A DNA stretch of 64,000 nt from an uncultured Barnesiella sp. (lineage in GTDB: Bacteria > Bacteroidota > Bacteroidia > Bacteroidales > Barnesiellaceae_A): positions 120,570 through 184,569 of the forward strand of contig CALUJY010000005.1 in the NCBI GenBank assembly GCA_944321085.1. Reading direction: 5' to 3'. Below are positions 10,163 to 19,911 of the stretch, piece after piece (position 1 is the stretch's first letter; every line of letters begins with the position of its first letter). The notes below the pieces were generated by a model. That model had not been told where the DNA came from, made no database searches, and was given only the letters and a program-made list of their open reading frames with translations. The translations under genes and the position numbers were made by a program.

Positions 10163-10636
10163 TGTCGTATTCTCGGGCATCGGTTTCCAAATTGCAAAAG
10201 TACTCAATTTCACGTTGGCGGTTGCGGTAAAATGAAAAATTTCGTAACCGTCTGTGATGCGTGCTGTTGCAAGAGAAGTGCAAGTCTATGAGAGTCGGGC
10301 ATGTCGGTATTTTGCAAAAATCCGGTTTTTGCCTCAATAGTAACATTGCAGGTTGCTCATTGCAGCACATTGTCTTTTACCGAATATCATATAAACGGAG
10401 TTTTTGTCTCGAAAGTATGTGATTGTTGTTTTATTTTTATTGAAACCCTCTTCGCTTTTGCCCAAGGCGGGCTTGAATAGGGACGATAGGTATATCGCGA
10501 TTGGAGATGTAAAAAAGCAGTATGGCACAACTTTTATTGTACGCCGTGTGTTGTATATGACGTGCGGCGCCGCGCTGTTGTTCTTTTTATGGCAGGCGCA
10601 TGAGCCGTAGTGTGTAACTTTTAATTATGTAATACA

Positions 10637-11620
10637 ATGATGAAAAATGTGTCTATCGCGGCCTTGTGTTTTTTGATGCTCTTTACTGCATGTTGCAAGG
10701 ATAGCAAGGATGAGCCTCAATCTGATTCCTCCGGGGACGAGCCTGCACCTGCCTCTCTTGTTACACCTCAATTGCGTATGTCGGTGGCCGACCCGCTTGC
10801 TCCGAGTCTCTTTACAGGTATTCTCGAAATATATCCGTGTAACGAAAACTCGTCGGTATATTTCGGTAATTACATGAATGGAAGCCTTACGATATTCAAT
10901 GGGTATTATGTTGTTGTCGATGGTTCGGTTTATGGGAAAAACAATCGAGAACTGCATTTGCCTATCGGTACTTATAATATGGTGTATTGGGGAACTCCCA
11001 AATATGAAGAGCCTATTTATAATGAGCCTGCTATCGTCTCTCCCGGACTCACGCAGAAAGCTGACCTTTCGGAGCTCTATTTCTCTTTGCGTCCCAACGG
11101 CGATGGTACATACAAACCTGTTTATGACCTCGTTCATGCAGTACGGCCTGCAAACATTGGAAGCGAGGACTTGCAAGCCTCGCTTACACGGGTCGGTTCA
11201 GGATTAAAGGTCGTAGTGACTCAGTCCGATAATAGCATCTTTTCAGATGCGGTTGTAAGCATGACAGTGGAAATAAATGGTATTGCCGAGAAACTCAATT
11301 TCTATACTGCCGAGGCTGTAAATATGACGAAGACAGTGGCATTCGACTTGTCGCGCTCGTCAAACGGTGCGGTGATGAGTAATGCCACGGTAATGCTTTT
11401 CCCGTCGGCTCCCAATCCTCAACTTAACCTTATCATCACGTTGGCCGACGGTACGCAACACACTCTTTCAAAGGCGCTTTCATCGACGCTATCGCCTAAT
11501 ACGCGGCTTACCCTCAATATCGTAGTGGGCAAGATTCTTCCCGATGGCAGCCCCGGCGATTTTACGATAGAGGCGTGGAACGAAGAGAGCGAGACCATAG
11601 AGTTTCCCGTTATCAATTGA
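10637..11620 (+). CDS. FimB/Mfa2-like type V pilus lipoprotein
   Basis: Lipobox-like FTAC followed by acidic KDSKDE, LPIGTYNMVYWG motif, LTR linker, C-terminal FTIEAW with an acidic tail. Confidence 0.65.
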   Translation: MMKNVSIAALCFLMLFTACCKDSKDEPQSDSSGDEPAPASLVTPQLRMSVADPLAPSLFTGILEIYPCNENSSVYFGNYMNGSLTIFNGYYVVVDGSVYGKNNRELHLPIGTYNMVYWGTPKYEEPIYNEPAIVSPGLTQKADLSELYFSLRPNGDGTYKPVYDLVHAVRPANIGSEDLQASLTRVGSGLKVVVTQSDNSIFSDAVVSMTVEINGIAEKLNFYTAEAVNMTKTVAFDLSRSSNGAVMSNATVMLFPSAPNPQLNLIITLADGTQHTLSKALSSTLSPNTRLTLNIVVGKILPDGSPGDFTIEAWNEESETIEFPVIN

Positions 11621-11689
11621 TACAGTAAGGGGACAGAAAAGTAACCTCGTGTAAAATTTTATTTCGGTATTGAGCTTATCCCTTTCCGC

Positions 11690-11754
11690 AGGGCTGCTAT
11701 ATGTTACGATGTCTGTTCGATATGTTTATCGGCTTCGTTACATATGGCAGCCCT
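11690..11754. repeat. Long imperfect inverted repeat between convergent genes
   Basis: AGGGCTGCTATATGTTACGA ... TCGTTACATATGGCAGCCCT (18/20 complementary) with an inner CGATA/TATCG stem. Confidence 0.7.
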
Positions 11755-11800
11755 ACACTATGCTTCGGAGATATTTTGTGTAATGAGGCTTATATGTCGG

Positions 11801-12736
11801 TTATCGGGGTTGAGAGCCTTCTTGTTGTTGTATGAGGTCGAGAATCAGTTCCGTTTTGTCGTCGGTGGGCAGGGTAGCATCTATCCAATGGATGGGGATA
11901 CCGCGCCGTTCCATGCCGCGGAACCATGTCATCTGGCGTTTGGCAAATTGGTGTATGGCTATTTCGAGCCGTTCTACCATCTCGTCGTAAGACAATTTTC
12001 CGATAAGATATTCGGTCACAAACTTGTATTCGAGACCATAGTATATGAGCGATTCGGGAGGGATGCCGCTCTCTAACAATGACTTTATCTCCTCTACCAT
12101 CCCTTCGTCTAAGCGTTGCCTGAGGCGGTGGCTTATGCGGGCACGTCTGAGGTCGCGTTCTATCTCGATGCCTACTACCAAGGCATTGCGCATAGGCCGC
12201 GGTTGCAGCATCTCGGCGGGTTGTCGGCTGTAATATTCGGCAATCTCTATGGCGCGGATGGCACGTTTACAGGTGTCGGTATCGGTCGTGTTGTGCAGCG
12301 TTTTGTATTGTTGCAGTATAGACGTCAGTTCGTCGAGCGATTTGCCTTGCAGGGCGGCACGCAGCGAGGGATTTTCGGGTACTGGAGGTAAGGCATACCC
12401 TTTGAGTACGGTCTCGACGTATAGCCCGGTGCCGCCGCATAGCAAGGGCTGTTTGCCGCGCGTCTGCATATCGGCATATACGGCGTTGAAGTCGCGTACA
12501 TATTCATACAGGTTGTAGCGATACCCTGCCGGGCAGATGTCTATGAGGTGGTAAGGGACAGGTGTGCCGTCGACGGTATATTCGCCGAGGTCTTTGCCGG
12601 TACCTATATCCATGTCCCGATATATCTGACGCGAGTCGGCACTGATTATTTCGGTATTTAACCGATGTGCCACGGCGACCGCAAGCGTAGTCTTGCCCGA
12701 TGCCGTAGGGCCTACGATGGCGATGAGGTCGAGCAT
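11801..12736 (-). CDS. miaA: tRNA dimethylallyltransferase
   Basis: GPTASGKT, ISADSRQIYRDMDIGTGK, GGTGLY, FAKRQMTWFR. Confidence 0.95.
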   Translation of the reverse strand: MLDLIAIVGPTASGKTTLAVAVAHRLNTEIISADSRQIYRDMDIGTGKDLGEYTVDGTPVPYHLIDICPAGYRYNLYEYVRDFNAVYADMQTRGKQPLLCGGTGLYVETVLKGYALPPVPENPSLRAALQGKSLDELTSILQQYKTLHNTTDTDTCKRAIRAIEIAEYYSRQPAEMLQPRPMRNALVVGIEIERDLRRARISHRLRQRLDEGMVEEIKSLLESGIPPESLIYYGLEYKFVTEYLIGKLSYDEMVERLEIAIHQFAKRQMTWFRGMERRGIPIHWIDATLPTDDKTELILDLIQQQEGSQPR

Positions 12737-12743
12737 AGAGCGG

Positions 12744-14921
12744 TTATTTCAGCTTGTCGTTGAAGAATTTGCACACGCGTGTGTATATGTGATAGCGCGA
12801 GTTCCCGCCGTTGATGCTATGCCCTTGGTTAGGATAGACCATCATGTCGAACTGTTTTTCGGCTTCAATCAGTGCGGCTACAAAAGCCATGGTGTTGCTC
12901 ATGTGCACGTTGTCGTCGGCCGTACCCGTGATGATGAGCAAGTCGCCTTGCAATCCGGCGGCATGTGTCACGGGTGCTCCGTAACGGTAGCCCTCGGTAT
13001 TTTCGTTCGGCGTACGCATGTAACGCTCGGCATATATCGTGTCGTAGTAACGCCAATCGGTGACAGGCGCTATGGCTATACCGGCAGCGAAAACGCCACC
13101 TCCGGTTGTCATGGCCATAAGCGTCTCATAACCGCCATAGCTCCATCCCCAGATGCCTATCTTGGAGGCATCGACAAAAGGTAGTGTCGCGGCGTAGCGG
13201 GCTGCTGCTATTTGGTCTTGCGTCTCGTAACGGCCGAGTTTTTGGTAAACCGTCGTCTCGAAGGCTTTGCCGCGGCCTCCCGTTCCGCGTCCGTCGACGC
13301 AGATGATAACATATCCTTGTTCGGCAAGGTAATGATACCAGTCGATTTCCCATTTGTTGAGTACCTGTTGCGAGCCCGGTCCGCTATACTGATTGAGTAC
13401 GACCGGATATTTGCGTGACGGGTCGAAGTCGGACGGTTTGACGATATAGCCGTTCAGTATAGTCCCGTTGCCGTTGGTCATGGTGAAAAACTCTTTTGAG
13501 GGGAGCGTCGTTTGTGCGACTTTCTCCCTGAGAGCGGTATTCTCTACGATAGGACGTATCTCTTTTCCGGCGGCATTGCGCAGGGTGTATGTGGGAGGAG
13601 TGGTGACAGAGTTGTATCCGTGTATATAATATGTGCATGAGGGGTTGAATTGTGCCGAGTGTGTACCCTCTTCGGGTGTGAGGTTTACGATGCCGTTTTT
13701 GCTGTCATAGCGATATATAGCACGGTTCAGAGCTCCGGCAGTAGCTTGGCAATAAAATGTCTGTGTTGTCGGGTTGCAACCCAAGAAGGCTGTTACCTCT
13801 TCGCGTTCGGGCGATAAAGCCTGTTGTACGATGCCGTTGTTGTTGCATTTATATATGCATAAGAATCCGTCGCGGTCGCTGGCAAAGGTGAAGAAATCGG
13901 GATAGAAGGCAAACATGTCGAGAACCTTTTGGTCTATCCAAGCATCGTTGCGCTCTTCTATCAGCAGACGTGTTACTCCCGAACGGGCGTTGAGCCTGTA
14001 TAGACAAAGTTGGTTTTGAGTGCGGTTGAGCGTGACAACGGCCAGACAGTCGGCCTCGGGCATGGCGAATATACGAGGTATATAGCCGTCGGCAGCCATC
14101 GGTATGTCGTGCTTTTTGAGGGCGCGGGTCTCTACCGTATAGGTGACTACCGATACTTGCGAGTTGGCTTCACCGGCTACGGGATATTTATATTGCATGC
14201 TACCGGGATACAGTTCGTATTGTGGATAGTCGGGACTGTAAGAGCCGTAGAGCGGGAACGAGAATTGTTTGACCTCCGTCTCGTTGAAGCGGATAAACGA
14301 GAGCAACTCGCTGTCGCTGCTCCATTGCATGGCCGACGAAAAACCGAATTCTTCTTCATATACCCAGTCGGGAACGCCGTTGATGATTTTGTTCTTTTCA
14401 CCATCGTTTGTGACGGCAATTTCGGTGCCGTAGTCGAGTTTTTTCAAGTATATGTTGTTGTCGCGTACGAAAGCCACCATACGTCCGTTGGGCGAGTAGA
14501 CGGCAGCTTGTTGTTTGCCTCCTTCCGAGAGGGGTTTGAGCAGATTACGTTTTATCTCGAATGTGTAATAGTCGGCTTTGAAAGAGCGGCGATATATAGG
14601 TTCGCTTTCGGTATAAATGAGCAGGCGTGTTTCGTCGTCGCTCAGAGCGTAACCGTCGAACGATTTCAGGTTACACTCGCGGGCTGTATTCACATCGAAA
14701 AGAGTTTCCACGACTTTACCCGTGCGATAGTCGTATTTCTCTATGCGGGTGTTGTCGCTATTGGAGGCTACATAGTGTATGCCATCTTTCAGCGGGGTGA
14801 TTTGCGATGCTGTTTCGCCTTTGAATACGTTGTCGGTGATGTCGCGCAAGTCGAGTTTGGCGGCTGTTGCGACGGTTAGCGTTGATAGGGCAATGAGAAT
14901 GCCTGCGATAAGTCGTTTCAT
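12744..14921 (-). CDS. Dipeptidyl peptidase IV (S9B)
   Basis: Signal peptide MKRLIAG.., DWVYEEE, GWSYGG nucleophile, DDNVH, His in NQGH; start trimmed to ATG 14921. Confidence 0.93.
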   Translation of the reverse strand: MKRLIAGILIALSTLTVATAAKLDLRDITDNVFKGETASQITPLKDGIHYVASNSDNTRIEKYDYRTGKVVETLFDVNTARECNLKSFDGYALSDDETRLLIYTESEPIYRRSFKADYYTFEIKRNLLKPLSEGGKQQAAVYSPNGRMVAFVRDNNIYLKKLDYGTEIAVTNDGEKNKIINGVPDWVYEEEFGFSSAMQWSSDSELLSFIRFNETEVKQFSFPLYGSYSPDYPQYELYPGSMQYKYPVAGEANSQVSVVTYTVETRALKKHDIPMAADGYIPRIFAMPEADCLAVVTLNRTQNQLCLYRLNARSGVTRLLIEERNDAWIDQKVLDMFAFYPDFFTFASDRDGFLCIYKCNNNGIVQQALSPEREEVTAFLGCNPTTQTFYCQATAGALNRAIYRYDSKNGIVNLTPEEGTHSAQFNPSCTYYIHGYNSVTTPPTYTLRNAAGKEIRPIVENTALREKVAQTTLPSKEFFTMTNGNGTILNGYIVKPSDFDPSRKYPVVLNQYSGPGSQQVLNKWEIDWYHYLAEQGYVIICVDGRGTGGRGKAFETTVYQKLGRYETQDQIAAARYAATLPFVDASKIGIWGWSYGGYETLMAMTTGGGVFAAGIAIAPVTDWRYYDTIYAERYMRTPNENTEGYRYGAPVTHAAGLQGDLLIITGTADDNVHMSNTMAFVAALIEAEKQFDMMVYPNQGHSINGGNSRYHIYTRVCKFFNDKLK

Positions 14922-15077
14922 GAGGTAATGTTTTATGATGTGGCAAAAATAGTAAATTGCCGTCATATATCTGTTGCGGCGACAGCCTGTTTTCGCAACT
15001 TGTCAGCTATTTTCTTTGTTGTTTTTGTGCAGGGGTTTGGCTTTATACGACCGAGCGACGACGTGTCGTGCAGATGG

Positions 15078-15120
15078 TATGTAACATGTTTGTAATACGA
15101 TGCTACATATATGTTACATA
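15078..15120 (+). promoter_or_regulatory. Putative Pho-box-like operator upstream of pstS
   Basis: TGTAACA (15080), TGTAATA (15091), TGCTACA (15101) and TGTTACA (15112) at 10-11 bp spacing; -7 box TATCTTTG at 15178-15185. Confidence 0.55.
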
Positions 15121-15229
15121 TTGATTATAAAGCTATTAAAAATTGCTGCGTCACTCGGTCGATATGTGTCGATGCCATATCTTTGCGAGCGATATAATGA
15201 ATAGAATGACGACAAGCAGGATTTTTTTG

Positions 15230-16072
15230 ATGAACAGAGTTTTATTGTCGATACTATGCGGCGTGTGTGGGGCGGCGTTGATGAGTGCCTACGCACAGCG
15301 TATCAAGGGCAGCGATACGTTGCTGCCGCTTACGCAAGAGTTGTCGGAATCGTATTTGAAAAGAAACCCGGCATCGGAAATAGTAGTAACAGGGGGCGGC
15401 ACCGGTGTGGGGCTCGCCTCGTTGTTGGAGAATACTACCGATATAGCAATGGCCTCGCGGAGGGTAAAATTCGGTGAAAAGATGAAGTTTGCCAAGGCCG
15501 GTTTCGATATGATTGAGGAAGTGGTGGCTTACGATGCGCTTGCTGTGGTGGTCAATCCCGAGAATCCGGTAAACGAACTTACCCGGGAGCAGTTGGAAGG
15601 AATTTTCAGAGGTAAAATTACCAACTGGAAGGAGGTCGGCGGTGAAGACCTTAGAATTGTTGTCTATTCGCGCGAGACTTCTTCGGGAACATACGAGTTT
15701 TTCAAAGAGAGTGTTTTACATAACAAAAACTATATGAGCGGAGTTCTTTCGATGCCTGCAACGGGTGCCGTCATACAGTCGGTGCGACAGACGAAAGGTG
15801 CAATCGGTTATATCGGGTTGGCTTACCTGAACCCATACGTGAAGGCATTGGCCGTTTCGTACGACGGTGGCCGGCGTTATGTGCTCCCTTCGGTAAAGAA
15901 TGCCTCCGACGGTACGTATCCCATAGTGCGTCCGTTGTATTACTATTATGATGTAGAGAAAGCGGCGATGGTGCAACCTTTTGTATCGTTTATAAAATCG
16001 GCCGATGGGCAGTGCATGGTCGAGAAGCAGGGTTTTGTGCCGGTGAGAAACGAAGATGTAACGATAAAGTGA
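15230..16072 (+). CDS. pstS: Phosphate ABC transporter substrate-binding protein
   Basis: IKGSDT, GGGTGVG, DIAMASR, SRETSSGTYEFF, YPIVRPLY; start trimmed to the signal-peptide Met. Confidence 0.95.
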   Translation: MNRVLLSILCGVCGAALMSAYAQRIKGSDTLLPLTQELSESYLKRNPASEIVVTGGGTGVGLASLLENTTDIAMASRRVKFGEKMKFAKAGFDMIEEVVAYDALAVVVNPENPVNELTREQLEGIFRGKITNWKEVGGEDLRIVVYSRETSSGTYEFFKESVLHNKNYMSGVLSMPATGAVIQSVRQTKGAIGYIGLAYLNPYVKALAVSYDGGRRYVLPSVKNASDGTYPIVRPLYYYYDVEKAAMVQPFVSFIKSADGQCMVEKQGFVPVRNEDVTIK

Positions 16073-16073
16073 T

Positions 16074-17270
16074 ATGAAAAAGTTTTTTGAAGCGATAGTC
16101 CGAGGAGTCCTTACGTGCAGCGGCTTTGTCACAAGTCTGGTCATATTGCTGATTATAGGATTTCTTTTTACCGAAGGCGCAGGACTTTTCAACGAACCTA
16201 TGGTAGAGGAGGGTTACGTGTTGGCGTTGAATAAAGAGAATGATGTGTCATCGCTCACCGCCGAGCAGATAAAAGCTGTTTTCGATGAAGATATTGTCAA
16301 TTGGAAAGAGATAGGTGGCAGGGATATGCCTATAACGACATTTCGCCTCGAAGACGTTGAACGCTATTTCACTGTCGAGGAGCTTGGCAGCGAATACGAG
16401 CATGTCGGTATGTGCATTGCCTCACTCATAGCCCGGTCGCCCGGCATGATAGCCTTTGTGCCGCAGTCAATGCTACCCGCCGATGCCGAGGTACGTTACA
16501 TTGACGATAGCACCATATCGTTGAGCGAGGTCTTTGCCGGTACCGAGTGGTTTCCTACGGCAACGCCTGCGCCGTTGTTCGGAATCGTTCCGCTGTTGGC
16601 CGGTACGTTGTGGGTAAGTTTGTTTGCCATTTTATTTGCATTGCCTTTCGGGTTGAGCGTGGCGGTGTATATGTCAGAGGTTGCGTCGGAGCGCATGCGT
16701 TCGGTGTTGAAACCTGTTATAGAGCTGCTCAACGGAATACCGTCTGTAGTATATGGTTTTTTCGGGCTCATTGTTATCGTACCGCTGTTGCAACAAGGGT
16801 TTAATCTTCCTGTGGGAGAGAGCGGTTTGGCCGGCAGTATTGTGCTTGCCATCATGGCTTTGCCTACGATGATAACCGTGGCCGAAGATGCCATGCGCAG
16901 TTGTCCCCGTTCGCTGCGGGAGGCAAGTCTCGCATTGGGAGCGACACGCTGGCAGACGATTTGCAAGGTGGTGATACCATCGTCTATGTCGGGTATAACC
17001 TCGGGTATTGTATTGGGAATAGGTCGCGCCGTGGGTGAGACTATGGCTGTACTTATGGTGACGGGGAATGCTGCTATCATACCCACCTCTATCGTAGAAC
17101 CTTTGCGTACGATACCTGCTACGATAGCCGCCGAGTTGGGCGAGGCTCCTGCTGGCGGGGCGCACTATCAGGCGTTGTTCCTGTTGGGTGTCATCCTGTT
17201 TTTTATAACGCTCGTTATCAACATGAGCGTAGAGTATATATCGTCAAGAAACAAATATAAACTACGGTAA
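16074..17270 (+). CDS. pstC: Phosphate ABC transporter permease PstC with periplasmic PBP-like insert
   Basis: GIPSVVYGFFG, EASLALGATRWQT, GRAVGETMAVLMVTGN. Confidence 0.95.
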   Translation: MKKFFEAIVRGVLTCSGFVTSLVILLIIGFLFTEGAGLFNEPMVEEGYVLALNKENDVSSLTAEQIKAVFDEDIVNWKEIGGRDMPITTFRLEDVERYFTVEELGSEYEHVGMCIASLIARSPGMIAFVPQSMLPADAEVRYIDDSTISLSEVFAGTEWFPTATPAPLFGIVPLLAGTLWVSLFAILFALPFGLSVAVYMSEVASERMRSVLKPVIELLNGIPSVVYGFFGLIVIVPLLQQGFNLPVGESGLAGSIVLAIMALPTMITVAEDAMRSCPRSLREASLALGATRWQTICKVVIPSSMSGITSGIVLGIGRAVGETMAVLMVTGNAAIIPTSIVEPLRTIPATIAAELGEAPAGGAHYQALFLLGVILFFITLVINMSVEYISSRNKYKLR

Positions 17271-17271
17271 T

Positions 17272-18153
17272 ATGAAAAGTGTGGAGTATCCGTCCCGGTA
17301 TGCTGTGCGTAAACGGTACGCGCAACGGGTCGCATTTTGGTTATTCAGGTTTTTCAGCCTTTTCATAGCTTTCATCTTGTTTGCCATTCTCGGTTTCATC
17401 ATATACAAAGGCGCCGGTGTGTTGAGTTGGGACTTTCTGACGAAAGCCCCGTCGGATGGCATGACTTCGGGCGGTATCTTTCCGGCCATTGTAGGTACGC
17501 TTTGCCTGATGGCCGGTAGTGCCGTGGTAGCCTTCCCGATAGGTATCATGAGCGGTATATATATGAGTGAATTTGCATCGAAAGGATGGGTGGTGAAATT
17601 TATTCGCCTTATGACCAACAACCTGAGCGGAGTGCCTTCGATAGTATTCGGTTTGTTCGGCATGGCATTGTTTGTAAAGTATCTCAACTTTGGCGACAGC
17701 ATTCTTGCCGGTTCGCTCACCCTTGGGATGCTTTCGCTGCCGTTGGTGATACGCACTACCGAAGAGGCTCTCAAAGATATTCCCGACAGCATGCGCGAGG
17801 GTAGTCTTGCCTTGGGCGCAAGTAAGTTGCAGACGATATGGAGAGTGATATTGCCGATGGGTATGCCTCGCATCATCACGGGGCTTATTCTCTCTTTGGG
17901 ACGTGTCTCGGGCGAGACGGCTCCTATCCTTTTTACCTGTGCGGCCTATTTCTTCCCGCAACTGCCCACGTCGATATTCGACCAGTGCATGGCATTGCCG
18001 TATCACCTCTATGTCTTATCGACGAGCGGTACCGATATGGCGGCGCAGCAACCTATCGCTTACGGTACGGCTTTGGTTTTAATAGTGATTATTTTGATTA
18101 TAAATTTGTTGTCGGGGGCTTTGCGACGTTATTTCGAGAACCGACTGAAATAA
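17272..18153 (+). CDS. pstA: Phosphate ABC transporter permease PstA
   Basis: GGIFPAIVGT, GVPSIVFGLFG, RTTEEAL, GRVSGETAPI. Confidence 0.96.
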   Translation: MKSVEYPSRYAVRKRYAQRVAFWLFRFFSLFIAFILFAILGFIIYKGAGVLSWDFLTKAPSDGMTSGGIFPAIVGTLCLMAGSAVVAFPIGIMSGIYMSEFASKGWVVKFIRLMTNNLSGVPSIVFGLFGMALFVKYLNFGDSILAGSLTLGMLSLPLVIRTTEEALKDIPDSMREGSLALGASKLQTIWRVILPMGMPRIITGLILSLGRVSGETAPILFTCAAYFFPQLPTSIFDQCMALPYHLYVLSTSGTDMAAQQPIAYGTALVLIVIILIINLLSGALRRYFENRLK

Positions 18154-18156
18154 AAT

Positions 18157-18912
18157 ATGATTATGAAGATAGAGGTAAAGGATATTGATTTTTATTACGG
18201 TAGTTTCCATGCCCTGAAAAATATTTCGATGGGCATAGAGCAAAACAAGGTGGTAGCGTTTATAGGCCCGTCGGGATGCGGAAAATCTACGTTTTTGCGG
18301 CTCTTTAATCGTATGAACGACCTGATACCCGATACGAGACTTACCGGACAAATACTTATCGATGGTAAAGATGTGTATGCTCCCAAGGTCGAGGTCGATG
18401 TGTTGCGCAAAGAGATAGGCATGGTATTTCAGCGTCCCAATCCTTTCCCCATGAGCATATTCGAGAATGTCGCTTATGGTTTGCGTGTAAATGGCGTGAA
18501 GGACAAAGTCTTTATAGCGCAGCGTGTCGAGGAAACTTTGCGTGGTGCGGCTTTGTGGGATGAGGTGAAAGATAAGCTCAAAGCATCGGCTTATGCTCTT
18601 TCGGGCGGGCAGCAGCAACGCCTGTGCATAGCAAGGGCTATGGCCGTCTCACCCTCGGTTTTGCTGATGGACGAACCGGCATCGGCTCTCGACCCTATTT
18701 CTACCGCCAAGGTGGAAGAACTTATACGCGAATTGCGTAAAGAGCTTACTATCATTATTGTCACACATAACATGCAGCAGGCTGCCCGCGTGAGCGACAA
18801 AACGGCATTCTTCTATATGGGCGAGATGGTAGAATACGACGACACGAAAGTGATATTTACGCACCCTCGTAAGACAGAAACGCAGAACTATATAACGGGA
18901 CGTTTCGGATAA
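18157..18912 (+). CDS. pstB: Phosphate ABC transporter ATPase
   Basis: [46 protein letters not shown]. Confidence 0.97.
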   Translation: MIMKIEVKDIDFYYGSFHALKNISMGIEQNKVVAFIGPSGCGKSTFLRLFNRMNDLIPDTRLTGQILIDGKDVYAPKVEVDVLRKEIGMVFQRPNPFPMSIFENVAYGLRVNGVKDKVFIAQRVEETLRGAALWDEVKDKLKASAYALSGGQQQRLCIARAMAVSPSVLLMDEPASALDPISTAKVEELIRELRKELTIIIVTHNMQQAARVSDKTAFFYMGEMVEYDDTKVIFTHPRKTETQNYITGRFG

Positions 18913-18934
18913 AACAAAAATTGGAGACAGAAAT

Positions 18935-19636
18935 ATGGTAAGATTTATAGAAAACGAACTCTCTTCCCTGCGCGACGAAGTTGTGCAGATGTGGAATTTG
19001 GTTTACAGCCAATTGCAACGTGCCAAGACGGCAGTGATAAACCTCGACCGCAAGGCGGCGCAGCAAATTGCCGTGCGAGAGCGGCGCGTAGATGCTTTCG
19101 ACCTGAAAATAGATAGCGATGTAGAAGACTATATCGCCCTCTACACCCCTGTTGCGGTAGATTTGCGCTTCGTGTTGGCGATGCTGAAAATAAATACCGA
19201 CTTGGAGCGTATCGGCGACTACGCCGATGGGATAGCCCGTTTTGTGGGAGATGTGGAGGTCGATGCCATAGATGCCGCATTGCTGAAAGATTTGCAACTC
19301 GAAGAGATGTTTGGTATCGTGTTCGATATGATGGAGGGGTTGCAACATGCTTTCGTTACCGAAAATGTCGAGGAGGCTTTTACAGCTCTTGCACAAGATG
19401 ATATGCTTGATAAGATGAACCGGGCGGCCACGACAGCTCTTGTGGAGTATGCCCGTAAGAATCCCGACGATGTGGCGTTGTGTCTTGCATTGGGCGGTGT
19501 CGTACGCAAGCTCGAACGTACGGGCGACCACATGACCAATATTGCCGAGGAGATTATCTTTTATGTAGATGCCAAGGTGTTGAAGCACGCCGAGAAGATG
19601 CGTACCCGTGAGCAAGGAGACGATGTGGAGGTGTAA
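18935..19636 (+). CDS. phoU: Phosphate signalling protein PhoU
   Basis: PVAVDLR, DLERIGD and LERTGDH repeats. Confidence 0.95.
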   Translation: MVRFIENELSSLRDEVVQMWNLVYSQLQRAKTAVINLDRKAAQQIAVRERRVDAFDLKIDSDVEDYIALYTPVAVDLRFVLAMLKINTDLERIGDYADGIARFVGDVEVDAIDAALLKDLQLEEMFGIVFDMMEGLQHAFVTENVEEAFTALAQDDMLDKMNRAATTALVEYARKNPDDVALCLALGGVVRKLERTGDHMTNIAEEIIFYVDAKVLKHAEKMRTREQGDDVEV

Positions 19637-19769
19637 CGGCTTGTGAAGAGGCCGCAATGCCTACATGGTTTCTCTATTGCGCAGGCAAAAGGCTGCGTCG
19701 ACAGGGAAAATGCAGGTACGGCTATGTTTATGCGTCGGCACTCTCTTTATAGAGAAGACGAAATCCGTG

Positions 19770-19804
19770 GGGCAAAAAGCATAAGTAAACTTTGCTTTTT
19801 GCCC
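19770..19804. promoter_or_regulatory. 12-bp inverted repeat overlapping the lgt -33 box (pst terminator or operator)
   Basis: GGGCAAAAAGCA-N11-TGCTTTTTGCCC; TTTG at 19791 lies 20 nt before TATCTTTG at 19815. Confidence 0.5.
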
Positions 19805-19911
19805 TTGCTTGCACTATCTTTGCCATGCAGTAACCGTGGGTGTATGCCCGACTATGCGTTATCGGGCACATGCGACTGCCATAAACTGACGAACGACAGA
19901 CATATATAGCA

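Noticed and set aside
10523-10540. Sigma-54-like TGGCACAACTTTTAT upstream of the pilin-like gene
   Set aside because: The -24 element matches, but the -12 TTGC is replaced by TTAT. Not enough to call.
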